Assembly: GCA_040386535.1 (NCBI GenBank)
Contig: JAZKFH010000032.1
Location: forward strand, 192,001-256,000
Reading direction: 5' to 3'
Source of the DNA: Myxococcota bacterium
GTDB lineage: Bacteria; Myxococcota_A; UBA796; SXON01
Length of the DNA stretch: 64,000 nt
Every line of letters begins with the position of its first letter. The first letter of the stretch is position 1. The notes under the pieces are model-generated. The model did not search any database. It had not been told where the DNA came from and worked only from the letters and a program-made list of their open reading frames with translations. This document shows positions 31,364 to 41,467 of the stretch, in pieces. A program made the translations under genes and the position numbers.

Positions 31364-33696
31364 GCCACGGCCCCGCCGACAACCACGCCGGGCAGCCCGC
31401 CGAGGGTGGCGTGCTCGGGCGCAGCGGCCCGAAGATCGACGGCCGCGCCCGCATCACCGGCCAGGCCCGCTTCGTGGCGGACATGAAGCTTCCGCGCATG
31501 GTGCACGGCAAGTTCCTCCGCTCCCCCCACGCCCACGCGCGCATCGTCTCCATCGACCTGACGCGCGCGCTGGCGCTCCCCGGCGTGGTCGGCGCGATGC
31601 GCGGCGAGGACCTCCCGCGGCGCTACGGCGCCATCCCGGTGACCCAGGACGAGACCGCGCTGGCGCTCGGCAAGGTGCGATACATCGGCGAGCCGGTCGT
31701 GTGTATCGCCGCCATCGACGAGGAGACGGCGATGGCCGCGTGCCGCCTCGTCGACGTGGTCTACGAGCCGCTCGACACCGTGCTCTCCATCGACGACGCG
31801 CTGAATCCCGCCAAGCCGCTCGTGCACGATGAGGCGCGCAAACCCTCGAACATCCTGCGCCGCGTGTGGCAGGACTACGGCGATGTCAACGCGGGCTTCG
31901 CAGCCGCGGACCTCGTGATCGAGGACACGTATCACTACCCCGGCAGCACCCACGTGCCGCTCGAGAGCCACGCCGCGCTCGCCCAGCCCGAGCCGGACGG
32001 CAAGCTCACCTTGTGGACCTCGACCCAGAACGTGCACTATGTACATCGCGACGTTGCGCGCGTGCTCGGCAAACGGGACGCGGACGTTCGGCTCATCAAG
32101 CCCGCGGTCGGCGCCGGCTACGGCGGCAAGTGTGACCCCTTCTGCACCGAGCTGTGCGCGAGCCACCTGGCGCTGACGCTGGGCCGCCCCGTGAAGATCG
32201 TCCTCTCCCGCGAGGAGGTCTTCTACGCCCACCGCGGCCGCCACCCGACGAAGATGTGGCTGAAGATGGGCCTGAAGAAGGACGGGACCATCACGGCCAT
32301 CGACTTCAAGGCGTGGGCGGACGGCGGCGCGTACTCCAGCTACGGCGTCGTCACCAGCTACTACCTCGGCGTCTTCATGACGCTGCCGTACAAGCTGGAG
32401 AACTACCGCTTCGAGACCCACCGGCTCTACACCAACAAGCCCCCGTGCGGCCCCAAGCGCGGCCACGGCGCCATCCAGCCCCGCTTCGCGCTGGAGCTGC
32501 ACCTGGACCGCGCGGCCCGCGAGCTCGGGCTCGATCCCGCGGCGTTGCGCGCCCAGCTCTGCATCGAGCCCGGGACCGAGACCATCAACGGCCTCAAGAT
32601 CGGCTCGGTCGGGATGAAGGCGTGTATCGACGCCGTGCTCGCCACGAGCGGCTACGCCGAGAAGCGCGGCAAGATGCCGGCGAACCGCGGCATCGGCCTC
32701 GCGGTCAGCGCGTACATGTGCGGCGCGTTGCACCCCGTGTATCAGAACGAGCTCTCCCAGTCGGGGGTGCAGCTCAAGGTCGACCGCAGCGGCGAGGTCA
32801 CCATCTTCTCCGGCACGGCGGACGTGGGGCAGGGCAGCCAACACATGCTGGCGGTGCTCACCGCGGAACGGCTCGGGATCGACATCGCCGACGTGCGGGT
32901 GATCGAGGGCGACACCTCGCTCACCCCCGTCGACCTCGGGTCCTACTCCTCCCGCGTCACCTTCATGGCGGGCAACGCCGCCATCGAGGCCGCCGACGCC
33001 ATCCGCGAGAAGTTGTTCGCCGCGGTCGCGACGAAGCTCGGGTGTGACACAACCGTTCTTGCCGCTCGCGACGGGCGTGTGTTCGTCAAGGAGACGCCTG
33101 AGAAGGGCGTGAGCTTCGTCGACGCGGTGTGGCTCGCCGAGGAGGCCTACGGCCCGCTCGGGAGCACCGGCGGGTACAAGCCGCCGAAGATCGGGAGCCG
33201 CTTCCGCCGCCAGTCGGTCGGGCCCTCCCCGGCCTACTCGTTCACCGCCCAGGTGGCCGAGGTGACCGTGGATCCCGAGACAGGCATCGTCTCCGTCGAC
33301 CGCGTGTGGTGCGCCCACGACTGCGGCCGGGCGCTGAACCGGACCATCGTGGAGGGCCAGATCGAAGGCTGCGTGTACATGGGCGTGGGGGAGGCGCTCT
33401 ACGAGGAGCAGGCCTACCGCAACGGCGTGCTCGTGGCGCCGAGCCTGCTCGAGTACAAGATCCCGACGCTGCACGAGACCCCCGAGATCTTCGTCTCCAT
33501 CGTGGAGACCCACGATCCCGGCGGCCCGTTCGGCGCCAAGGAGGCCGGCGAGGGGCCCCAGCTCTCGACGGTGCCGGCCATCGCGAACGCCATCCAGGAC
33601 GCCACGGGCGTGTTGCTCACCCAGGCGCCGTTCACGCCCGACCGCGTGTTGCGGGCCATCGAGCGCCGCCGCCGCGCCGCCGAGCAGGGGGTCTGA
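31360..33696 (+). CDS. hcrA: Molybdopterin subunit (4-hydroxybenzoyl-CoA reductase alpha-like)
   Basis: LRSPHAHARI, GAGYGGK, CGPKRGHG, DLGSYSSRVT, GAKEAGEG. Confidence 0.8.
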   Translation: MSHGPADNHAGQPAEGGVLGRSGPKIDGRARITGQARFVADMKLPRMVHGKFLRSPHAHARIVSIDLTRALALPGVVGAMRGEDLPRRYGAIPVTQDETALALGKVRYIGEPVVCIAAIDEETAMAACRLVDVVYEPLDTVLSIDDALNPAKPLVHDEARKPSNILRRVWQDYGDVNAGFAAADLVIEDTYHYPGSTHVPLESHAALAQPEPDGKLTLWTSTQNVHYVHRDVARVLGKRDADVRLIKPAVGAGYGGKCDPFCTELCASHLALTLGRPVKIVLSREEVFYAHRGRHPTKMWLKMGLKKDGTITAIDFKAWADGGAYSSYGVVTSYYLGVFMTLPYKLENYRFETHRLYTNKPPCGPKRGHGAIQPRFALELHLDRAARELGLDPAALRAQLCIEPGTETINGLKIGSVGMKACIDAVLATSGYAEKRGKMPANRGIGLAVSAYMCGALHPVYQNELSQSGVQLKVDRSGEVTIFSGTADVGQGSQHMLAVLTAERLGIDIADVRVIEGDTSLTPVDLGSYSSRVTFMAGNAAIEAADAIREKLFAAVATKLGCDTTVLAARDGRVFVKETPEKGVSFVDAVWLAEEAYGPLGSTGGYKPPKIGSRFRRQSVGPSPAYSFTAQVAEVTVDPETGIVSVDRVWCAHDCGRALNRTIVEGQIEGCVYMGVGEALYEEQAYRNGVLVAPSLLEYKIPTLHETPEIFVSIVETHDPGGPFGAKEAGEGPQLSTVPAIANAIQDATGVLLTQAPFTPDRVLRAIERRRRAAEQGV

Positions 33697-34610
33697 TGCT
33701 TCCGTTCGCCCCGTTCTCCCTGGAAACCCCTGATACATGGGCCGCCGCGCACGCGCTGCTCACCGAGCCGGGCGCGCGCCTGGTCGCCGGGGGAACCGAT
33801 CTCCTCCCGTCGATGAAACACCGCATCTTCCGCCCGGGCGTGTTGGTGTCGACACGCCGCCTGCCGGGCCTGCGCGCGGTCGGCGAGACCCCGGACGGTG
33901 GGCTCACGCTTGGCGCCGGGCTCACGCTGCGGGATGTGTCACGCCTGCCCGCCGTTCGCGCCCGATACCCCGCCCTGGCTGCCGCGTGCGCCACGGTCGC
34001 GACGCCGACCATCCAGTCGATGGCGACGCTCGGGGGCAACCTCATGCTCGATACACGCTGCGTGTACTACAACCAGCCCGAAGGCTGGCGGTCCAGCATC
34101 GGCGGATGTCTCAAGTGTGACGGCTCCGTGTGTCACGTTGCACCCAAGGGAAAGGGCTGCTACGCGGCTCACTCTGCTGATACCGTGCCGGTGTTGTGGC
34201 TGTACGGCGCCCGCGTGGTCCTCGCCTCGGCGGCCGGTGAACGCACGATCCGAATGGCCGATTTGTATCAGGACGACGGCATCACGTGGCACGCGTTGCG
34301 GCCGGGCGAGGTCCTCACCCGGGTGCTCCTCCCCCCGCCGACCGCCAGCGTGATCCATCGCAAGGGCCGCACGCGGGCCGCCATCGACTACGGCTACCTC
34401 CTGGTCGCGGCCTCCCGCTCCCCGGGCGGGTATCGGGCCGTGATCAGCGCCGTTGGTCCGCGGCCGATCGAGGTGTCCGGGGGCACGCCGGAGCTGCTCG
34501 CGGAGGCCGCGTTCGCGGCGGTGCAGCCCCTCGGCACGCACCTCCAACCGGCCCCGTGGCGGAAGAAGCTGGTGCGGGTAGAGGTGCGGCGGGCCGCCGA
34601 AGCGCTCTGA
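33696..34610 (+). CDS. hcrB: FAD/[4Fe-4S] subunit (4-hydroxybenzoyl-CoA reductase beta-like)
   Basis: AGGTDL, ATLGGNL, and the HcrB-type Cys insert DTRCVYYNQ...CLKCDGSVCHV...CYA. Confidence 0.8.
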   Translation: MLPFAPFSLETPDTWAAAHALLTEPGARLVAGGTDLLPSMKHRIFRPGVLVSTRRLPGLRAVGETPDGGLTLGAGLTLRDVSRLPAVRARYPALAAACATVATPTIQSMATLGGNLMLDTRCVYYNQPEGWRSSIGGCLKCDGSVCHVAPKGKGCYAAHSADTVPVLWLYGARVVLASAAGERTIRMADLYQDDGITWHALRPGEVLTRVLLPPPTASVIHRKGRTRAAIDYGYLLVAASRSPGGYRAVISAVGPRPIEVSGGTPELLAEAAFAAVQPLGTHLQPAPWRKKLVRVEVRRAAEAL

Positions 34611-34620
34611 CCGTGCCTGG

Positions 34621-36918
34621 CTACAGGCCCGTACCGAGCACGAGGTAGGCCGCGCCGGCCTGCGAGCTGACGCCGGAGTCCTCGTAGGGGGCGCCCACCA
34701 TCACGTCTCCCTTGCCGTCACCGTCTGTGTCCCCGACGCCCGCGACGCTGTTGCCCGCGTAGTCGTTGGTCCCCTCGCCGAGGATGCGTGCGTCCGCCCC
34801 GCCGAGCTCGAGGAGGCTCCCGAGCGGGCCGTACACGAGGTAGGCCGCGCCGGCGCCGCTGCCGCCGCTGTCCTCGCGGATGGCCCCCACCAGCACGTCA
34901 TCCTTCCCGTCGCCGTCCATGTCGCCCGCGCCCGCGACCGACCAGCCCGCGTTGTCGCCGGTGCCCTCGCCGATCAGGAGGGCGTCCGCCGAGGCGAGCC
35001 CGAGCGTGCCGCTGATCGGGCCGTGGACCAGGAATGCGGCGCCGGTGTCGACGCCGCCGTAGTCGTAGTTGTAGGCGCCCACGAGCACGTCGGGCGTCCC
35101 GTCGCCGTCGACATCACCTGCCGCGCTGACCGAGGCCCCCGCCGCGTCATCCTCGACCTCGCCGTTGAGCCGAGCGTCGGCGCGCGACAGATCGATCGTG
35201 CCGGTCAGCGGCCCGAACAGCAGGTAGGCGGTGCCCGTGCCGCTGGAAGTGCCCGGCGCGCCGATGAGCACGTCGTCGTAGCCGTCCCCGTCGATGTCCC
35301 CCACGCCCGCCACGGACTGGCCCGCGAAGTCGCCCGAGGCCTCGCCCACCAGGGCCGCGTCCGCGTCCCCCAGGCCCACCGTGCCCCAGCGCGGCCCGTT
35401 CACGAGGTACGCGGCGCCCGCGTAGGCTCCGCCGTCGTTCGCGCCCCAGGCACCGACCAGCACGTCATCCTGCCCGTCCCCGTCGACATCACCCGCCGAG
35501 CCGACCGAGAGCCCGGCCTGGTCCCCCGGTGAGTCGCCGACGAGCACGAGGTCCGCGTCCGCCAGGTCGCGGACGCCCGCCGTGGGGCCGCGCACGAGGT
35601 ACGCCGCGCCCGCGTCCGTGCCGCCGAAGTCGCTGGACCACGCGCCCACGAACACGTCATCGAAGCCGTCCGCGTCTACGTCGCCTGCCGGCGCGACGCT
35701 GTAGCCCGCGCCGTCCCCCGTCGTCTCGCCGAGGAGCACGACCGACGCCGAGGACGAGAACTGCGTGCCGCTGACCGCGCCGAACCAGAGGTAGGCCGCG
35801 CCCGATCCGGCCGCCGCACCCTCGGCGCCCGGCGCGCCCACGAGCACGTCCGCGAGGCCGTCCCCGTCGAAGTCGCCCGCCGCGGAGACGCTCGATCCCA
35901 CCTTGTCGCCCACGCCCTCGCCGCGCAGCTTGGCGTCGGCGATGCCGAGGTCGACCGTGCCGCCGAGGCCGCAGCTGTTGGACGTGCCGTCACAGTCGTT
36001 GTCGAGGCCGTCGTAGCAGATCTCGAGCTCGGCGGGGCTGGTGGCGGTGGTGGTGTCGTCACAGTCGCCCGGGGGCGCGACGTACCCGGAGGGCGCGGCG
36101 CAGGCCCAGGTGACGTCGGCATCGACGCCGTAGCCGTCCCCATCGACATCCCGGTAGAAGGGAAGGAGGACGCCCTCGTCGATGTCGACGTCGCAGTCGT
36201 TGTCGCGGCCGTCACACGTCTCGGCGTTGCCCGGGTACACGTCCCCCGCGGTGTCGTCACAGTCCGTGGCGTCGGAGACCCAGCCCGGCGTACTGATACA
36301 TGCATCGACCTCGATGGATGTATCACCGAAGCCGTCCCCGTCCGCGTCCGCGTAGAACGGGAGGGTCACGCCCTCGTCGATCCGGTCGTCACAGTCGTTG
36401 TCGACCTCGTCGCAGACCTCGATGGCGTCGGGGTTCACCGCGGGATCGCCGTCGTCGCAGTCATCCCCGCGGAGCGCCGCGTTGACGAAGCCGTCCGCGT
36501 CTCCGTCGAGGATCACCACCGTGAAGGCGACCTCGGCGGTGGCGGACTGCCCGGCGGCATCCCGCACGACGGCCTGCACCGTGTAGTCGCCGAGGGCGAG
36601 CGCGGGGATCGCGAACGTCGCCTTGCCATCCACCCCCGGCGCGACGGGGAGTGAGGCGCCGCCTACGTCCCCAGCCCAGCTCAGCGCGAGGGCCTCGAGC
36701 GGGCCATCGTCCCCGGTGAGGATCTCGACGCGAACGTCCTGCCCGGGGGCGATGAGCTCGCCGTCCCGCGGGTCGAGGAAGCTGACGCCGGGTGCAACGT
36801 CGACGGGCGGAGTGTCGGGGCCTGTCCCGGAGTCGTCCGCGTTCGTGTCCGCCGGATCCGTGTCCGTGTCGGAGGGGGCGACGTTCGTACACGCGAGGGT
36901 GAGGGTCAGCAGCAGCAC
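34621..36918 (-). CDS. Lipoprotein with Ig-like domain, DCDD metal-binding repeats and FG-GAP/integrin-alpha beta-propeller
   Basis: Lipobox TLAC; DCDD/EVCDEVDNDCD repeats; seven GDxDGDGxxDVxVGA repeats. Confidence 0.9.
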   Translation of the reverse strand: MLLLTLTLACTNVAPSDTDTDPADTNADDSGTGPDTPPVDVAPGVSFLDPRDGELIAPGQDVRVEILTGDDGPLEALALSWAGDVGGASLPVAPGVDGKATFAIPALALGDYTVQAVVRDAAGQSATAEVAFTVVILDGDADGFVNAALRGDDCDDGDPAVNPDAIEVCDEVDNDCDDRIDEGVTLPFYADADGDGFGDTSIEVDACISTPGWVSDATDCDDTAGDVYPGNAETCDGRDNDCDVDIDEGVLLPFYRDVDGDGYGVDADVTWACAAPSGYVAPPGDCDDTTTATSPAELEICYDGLDNDCDGTSNSCGLGGTVDLGIADAKLRGEGVGDKVGSSVSAAGDFDGDGLADVLVGAPGAEGAAAGSGAAYLWFGAVSGTQFSSSASVVLLGETTGDGAGYSVAPAGDVDADGFDDVFVGAWSSDFGGTDAGAAYLVRGPTAGVRDLADADLVLVGDSPGDQAGLSVGSAGDVDGDGQDDVLVGAWGANDGGAYAGAAYLVNGPRWGTVGLGDADAALVGEASGDFAGQSVAGVGDIDGDGYDDVLIGAPGTSSGTGTAYLLFGPLTGTIDLSRADARLNGEVEDDAAGASVSAAGDVDGDGTPDVLVGAYNYDYGGVDTGAAFLVHGPISGTLGLASADALLIGEGTGDNAGWSVAGAGDMDGDGKDDVLVGAIREDSGGSGAGAAYLVYGPLGSLLELGGADARILGEGTNDYAGNSVAGVGDTDGDGKGDVMVGAPYEDSGVSSQAGAAYLVLGTGL

Positions 36919-36941
36919 GGCCGCAGTCTACCCGAACCGTG

Positions 36942-37640
36942 TCAGAGCCGCGAACGCCCCGCGCTCGCTTCGCGAACCCGCAAGGAGGGGTTGGTGCGCC
37001 GCACCTCGTCCAGCGTGGCCGACCGGCCGCCGTAGCTGTGCCCGGGCCAGAGGGTCATCGTGCCGGGGAGCGTCGCGAGGCGCTGGGTGAGCGTGTAGTA
37101 CATCTGCTCGGGGTCGCCCCCGGGCAGGTCGACGCGGCCGCAGCCCTGGCAGAACAACGTGTCGCCCGCGACCAGCGCGTCCCCCACGCGGAAGCAGGAC
37201 GAGCCGGGGGTGTGCCCGGGCGTGTGGAGCCACTCCACCTCGATCTTCCCGACCGATACTTTTTCGCCCGACGCATGTGTCACCAGATCGGTGGTCGACA
37301 GGCCGGTCACCTTGCGGATCCCCTCGGCCTCGAGATCGTGGCAGTGCACCTTGCAGCCCGCGCGCGCGACGAGGCGGCTGGCCCCTTCGAGCGTGAAGCC
37401 GAACATCGAGCCGCCCACGTGATCGGGGTGGTAGTGCGTCGCGAGCGCACCGACGACCTTCATCCCGTCGGCCTCGGCGACATCGACCAGCTCGTCGACC
37501 GCCCACGCCGGATCGACGATGACACATTCGCGTGTGTCACGGTCACCGATCAGGTACACGAGGTTCCCCATCTGCACGCACCCGGGCACGGTGGCGCCGA
37601 AGTCGCGCCCGGCCACGAGCTGCCGGAAGTAGAGGCTCAC
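36942..37640 (-). CDS. MBL-fold metallo-hydrolase (glyoxalase II/ETHE1-like)
   Basis: THYHPDH, HTPGHT, GDTLF, PGH; GTG start overlaps the upstream stop. Confidence 0.88.
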   Translation of the reverse strand: MSLYFRQLVAGRDFGATVPGCVQMGNLVYLIGDRDTRECVIVDPAWAVDELVDVAEADGMKVVGALATHYHPDHVGGSMFGFTLEGASRLVARAGCKVHCHDLEAEGIRKVTGLSTTDLVTHASGEKVSVGKIEVEWLHTPGHTPGSSCFRVGDALVAGDTLFCQGCGRVDLPGGDPEQMYYTLTQRLATLPGTMTLWPGHSYGGRSATLDEVRRTNPSLRVREASAGRSRL

Positions 37641-38479
37641 TTCGCCTCCACCGGGTGCGCCGGCCGCCCGGTGCCCGTGAACCCGAGCTCGGAGCGGTAG
37701 ATGTGTTCGAGCTTGCTGTGGCTGCGCGCGAACTGGCTGCGCACGAACAACGCCACGCCCCACGTCATGGCCCACACGCGGCGCGGCAGCCCAGGGCGCT
37801 CGGCCGGGGCGAACCCGAGGCGCTGCGCCTGCTTCCACATGCGGGCGCGCACGTAGTCCACGAACCCGGGCAGGTGGGCCAGCACGGGGTGGCCCTTGGC
37901 GCGGGCGGCGAACGCACGAACGATCATCGGGGCGACGGAGAGCTGGAGCTCGAGCAGGCCGTAGTAGGGCGTGCGGAGCCAGGGCATCTCGCCCAGGAGC
38001 CGCATGGTCTCCTTCTCGCCCCAGGCGACGTGCTCCTCTTCTTCGCGACACACGACGAGCAGCTTCTTCTTGATGTCGGCCACGCGCGGGTCGTTGTCCG
38101 GGAGGGTCTGCATCAGCACCTCGCGGAAGATGTCGAGCACCATGCCCTCGCCGAGGGCGTGCTCCATCATGACCTTGAGCGGGTAGTAATTGTTGTGTGC
38201 GGACAGGAGCTTGACCACCCAATGGGCGTCCTGCGGCTCCATGTCCAGCTTGCGGAACACCTCGGCGAACAGCTCGAGGTGGTTCAGCTCCTGGCGGGCC
38301 TGGCGCAGGTAGAACCGGGCCGCTTCGAGCGAGCCCGCCGCGTAGAGCGACTTGCCGCAGTACACGCCGGTGGCCTCACCGTAGAGCACCTGGGAGAGGA
38401 TGAAGCGCACCAGCTCGCGATCGGTGGGATCGGCGAGGTCGAAGGTGGCTCCGCCGAATTCGTAGGGGGGAGCATCCAT
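37637..38479 (-). CDS. Ferritin-like di-iron carboxylate protein
   Basis: E...ExxH (QELNH) and E...EEEH paired motifs. Confidence 0.7.
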   Translation of the reverse strand: MDAPPYEFGGATFDLADPTDRELVRFILSQVLYGEATGVYCGKSLYAAGSLEAARFYLRQARQELNHLELFAEVFRKLDMEPQDAHWVVKLLSAHNNYYPLKVMMEHALGEGMVLDIFREVLMQTLPDNDPRVADIKKKLLVVCREEEEHVAWGEKETMRLLGEMPWLRTPYYGLLELQLSVAPMIVRAFAARAKGHPVLAHLPGFVDYVRARMWKQAQRLGFAPAERPGLPRRVWAMTWGVALFVRSQFARSHSKLEHIYRSELGFTGTGRPAHPVEAK

Positions 38480-38541
38480 CCCGCAGGAATAGCGCGGCCG
38501 GAGAGCGGCCGCGAGGGCGACCTGGGCGGACGGTGTGCCTC

Positions 38542-39441
38542 CTATGGGGCGGCGAGCGCGCGGGGCGCGAGGTCGAGGGCCTGGAGGCTCTCCCGATCCC
38601 CGTTCAAGCCGGCCAGTTCGTCGGCGGTGAACGGCGTGTCCGACTGCTGCACCACCCCGCGCAGGAACGCCTCGATGGCGCCCTTCGCGGCGTTGCCCTC
38701 GGGGGTGTCGGTGCGCGTGTCCCAGTAGGCGAACAGCAGGATCCGGCGCTCCTCGGGCGTGAGCTCGGTGCGGGCCCAGATGGCGTCGAGATCCCGCGGG
38801 ATGTCCAGGTTCAAGCGGTGCCCGAGCTCACGACGCGCCACCGCGTCGTTCATCGCGCGCACCTTGTCGCGAGTGGAGTCCATCACGTCCGCCGTGACCG
38901 CGCCCATCTTGCGCGGCGACACCAGCAGGCCGCCGACGGAGATGCACGAGGTCGGCATGATGATGCAGAGCAGGTAGGCGGCCGGCGACCCCTGGTCGGA
39001 GAACGAGCGCCCCGGCGCGTGGACCCGCGGCGGCTCCCGCCGGAAGTACACCCACCCATCGTCATGCACGATCACGCGCGGCTTCCACGGGTCCTCGGAG
39101 AGGAACACCGTCCGCTCGTTGCGGCGCAGCCGGCGCACGTAGCCCTCCTTCACGAGGGCCTCGTAGAGCTCGGCGCGCTTGCGAAGCACCTCCTGGCTCT
39201 GCTGGACGTCGATCTCCTCCCCGGCGACGCGGGCGCCGACCGGCGGCGGCAGCGAGTCGCCCTCGGCGGGCTCCTCTGTCGGCGGCGTGGGCTCTACCGG
39301 TGCGACGGGCTCGACCGGCACCGCGGGATCCACCGGCGCCGCGGGGACGACCGCCGGAGAGGCCGGGACCGCGGGTGACGCCGGGGCCGCCGCGGGTTCC
39401 TCCGCGTGGAGCAGGCCGGCGAGCAGGAGGATCGACAACAC
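38542..39441 (-). CDS. Secreted hypothetical protein with Pro/Ala-rich N-terminus
   Basis: Signal peptide; coding-like codon usage. Confidence 0.65.
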   Translation of the reverse strand: MLSILLLAGLLHAEEPAAAPASPAVPASPAVVPAAPVDPAVPVEPVAPVEPTPPTEEPAEGDSLPPPVGARVAGEEIDVQQSQEVLRKRAELYEALVKEGYVRRLRRNERTVFLSEDPWKPRVIVHDDGWVYFRREPPRVHAPGRSFSDQGSPAAYLLCIIMPTSCISVGGLLVSPRKMGAVTADVMDSTRDKVRAMNDAVARRELGHRLNLDIPRDLDAIWARTELTPEERRILLFAYWDTRTDTPEGNAAKGAIEAFLRGVVQQSDTPFTADELAGLNGDRESLQALDLAPRALAAP

Positions 39442-39460
39442 GCTCGCGGCCTAACGCGCC

Positions 39461-40504
39461 TTAGCCCGAGGAGCGAAGCACCCGCTCGGCCTCCGCCCGG
39501 CCCGCACGTGCCGATCGGGCGAGCGAGAGCTGGCCCTGGGCGCGGAACAGGTTGTGGGCCGCGCGCGACGGGAACTTCGCCGCGTTCCAGCCGAAGTAAT
39601 TGTCGTCCCACACGTCGCGGCAGAAGCGCGAGGCGAGCTCCAGCGCGATGCGCTCGGCCGCGCCGGGCAGCGCCTCCCGCTCCTCGGCGGTGAAGGCGCG
39701 CACGCGTTGGTAGCCCTGGATCGCGGCGGCAAACGTGTCGAGGTCGAAGAACGTGTCGGTGTCGTCCTCGCCCTTGGGGTTGCACCAGGAGCGGAACGCG
39801 TCCCCCAGCTCGACGTCGAGCGGCAAGGCGGAGAGCGTGTCGAGGTCGAGCAGGCACACGCCCTGGCCGTGCTCGTCGAACCGGAGGTTGGAGATCTTCA
39901 GGTCGCCGTGGGCGTGCCGGACGGGGAGCGACGCGAGCGGGAACGTGCGCCAGGCGTCGAGGATGCCCTCGGCCACCACGCGGGCCTCCTCGGCGGAGCC
40001 GCCGGCGCCGGACGCCGCGGCCAGCCCCTCCTCGAGCCGCCGCATGTGCAGCGGCGTGTCGTGCGCGCCGGGCCGGACGTGGCGGTAGGACCACTCCAGA
40101 TCGTCGACCGCGGCGTGGAAGCGCGCGACGAGCGCCCCGGCCGCACCGGCGAGCGCCGCGGAGGACACCCGGTGGTGCGTGCGCCCCGGCACGTAGTCCA
40201 TCACGCGGTACACGCCATCGAGCGCGCCCGGCTGGGCCACGACGTGACAGAGCTCACCCGCGTCCGTACGCACGAGCCGGGGCGTGACGAGCCCCTTGCC
40301 GGCGAGGTGGGCGGTGATCGCCTCGATGTCCTGGTGCACCACGGCGCCGAACGCGGGGTGGAGGCGCTGGGCGACCCAGGCCACCGGCTCCCCCGCGTAC
40401 CAGGTGAGGTTGATGAGGCCGCCGTCATCCCCCGGGCGCACGGGCAGCCCACGCAGGACCGACCAGGCGTCGGGGACGGTGGGCGGCGGCCCCCCCGCGA
40501 TCAT
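39461..40504 (-). CDS. Aminoglycoside phosphotransferase/APH-family kinase
   Basis: GLINLT, HGDLKISN, LLDLDT; ATGA overlap with the upstream gene. Confidence 0.85.
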   Translation of the reverse strand: MIAGGPPPTVPDAWSVLRGLPVRPGDDGGLINLTWYAGEPVAWVAQRLHPAFGAVVHQDIEAITAHLAGKGLVTPRLVRTDAGELCHVVAQPGALDGVYRVMDYVPGRTHHRVSSAALAGAAGALVARFHAAVDDLEWSYRHVRPGAHDTPLHMRRLEEGLAAASGAGGSAEEARVVAEGILDAWRTFPLASLPVRHAHGDLKISNLRFDEHGQGVCLLDLDTLSALPLDVELGDAFRSWCNPKGEDDTDTFFDLDTFAAAIQGYQRVRAFTAEEREALPGAAERIALELASRFCRDVWDDNYFGWNAAKFPSRAAHNLFRAQGQLSLARSARAGRAEAERVLRSSG

Positions 40505-40740
40505 TCGTATTCTTCGGTCTTCTTGCCCATGGAACCGGCCACGAGCAGCACGATCGCCAGGACGCCCGAGAGGCAGCAGCAGGCGCTGCTCCCGTACTGG
40601 ATGGGCACCGAGAGGACGGCGAGGTCGGAAGCGAGGCCCGGCTCCGCGCTGGCGATGGCGCCGTAGATCACGCCCCACGTGAGGGAGAGCGCCAGGAACA
40701 CGAGCGCGAGGCAACCGAAACAACCACCGGCGATTTTCAT
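40501..40740 (-). CDS. Small two-TM Cys-rich membrane protein
   Basis: MKIAGGCFGCL...ACCCLSG; RBS GGAG; coupled to the APH gene. Confidence 0.6.
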   Translation of the reverse strand: MKIAGGCFGCLALVFLALSLTWGVIYGAIASAEPGLASDLAVLSVPIQYGSSACCCLSGVLAIVLLVAGSMGKKTEEYE

Positions 40741-40912
40741 GAAAGCTCCGAAAGAGGCGCAGGCTATACCAGCCGTCGCCAATATCCCATGGTTCGCGTC
40801 AAAATTCGTCCGGAGGCGACAGAAGCGGCCTACGCCCGTACACCTGAGGCTTGTCAAGAGCGGGTCAAGAGGTTTAGGGAGGCGAACACCAGAACTTCGG
40901 AGCGACTCCGCC

Positions 40913-41434
40913 ATGCATCGCCTCTTTTTCCTCCCCCTCCTCCTCATCGTCGCATGCGACGGCTGCAAGAAGAAGATCGTCACGGACGTGACCGGTGAGC
41001 CCACCGAAGCGCCGGTGGAAAAGACGGACGTGAAGAAGGAGACCCCTCCCCCCGTCGCCGAGATGGCCAAGAACTTCGGCCGCGTGTTCTTCGACTTCGA
41101 CGCGGCCACGCTCACGGCCGAGGGCAAGTCCGCGCTCGAGGCGAACGCCGCGATCATGAACGACTACTCGGACATCAAGCTCGAGATCCAGGGCCACGCC
41201 GACGAGCGCGGCACCACCGACTACAACCTCGCCCTCGGCCAGAAGCGCGCCGACGCCGTGGTGCAGTACCTCCTGGCGCGCGGCATCTCGTCGAGCCGCG
41301 TCAAGAGTGTGTCCTACGGTGAGGAGCGCCCCATCGACGGGCAGTCCTCCGAGCGCGCGTGGTCGTCCAACCGTCGCGCCGAGTTCGTGATCACGTGGAG
41401 CGGCGACGCCCCGGTCAAGGGCAGCACCAACTGA
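40913..41434 (+). CDS. pal: Peptidoglycan-associated lipoprotein (OmpA-like domain)
   Basis: VFFDFD, GHADERGTTDYNLALGQKRA, SYGEERP, NRRAEF; lipobox. Confidence 0.92.
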   Translation: MHRLFFLPLLLIVACDGCKKKIVTDVTGEPTEAPVEKTDVKKETPPPVAEMAKNFGRVFFDFDAATLTAEGKSALEANAAIMNDYSDIKLEIQGHADERGTTDYNLALGQKRADAVVQYLLARGISSSRVKSVSYGEERPIDGQSSERAWSSNRRAEFVITWSGDAPVKGSTN

Positions 41435-41467
41435 TCGACGGGCCCGTGACGCCAGGCCGATGACGCG

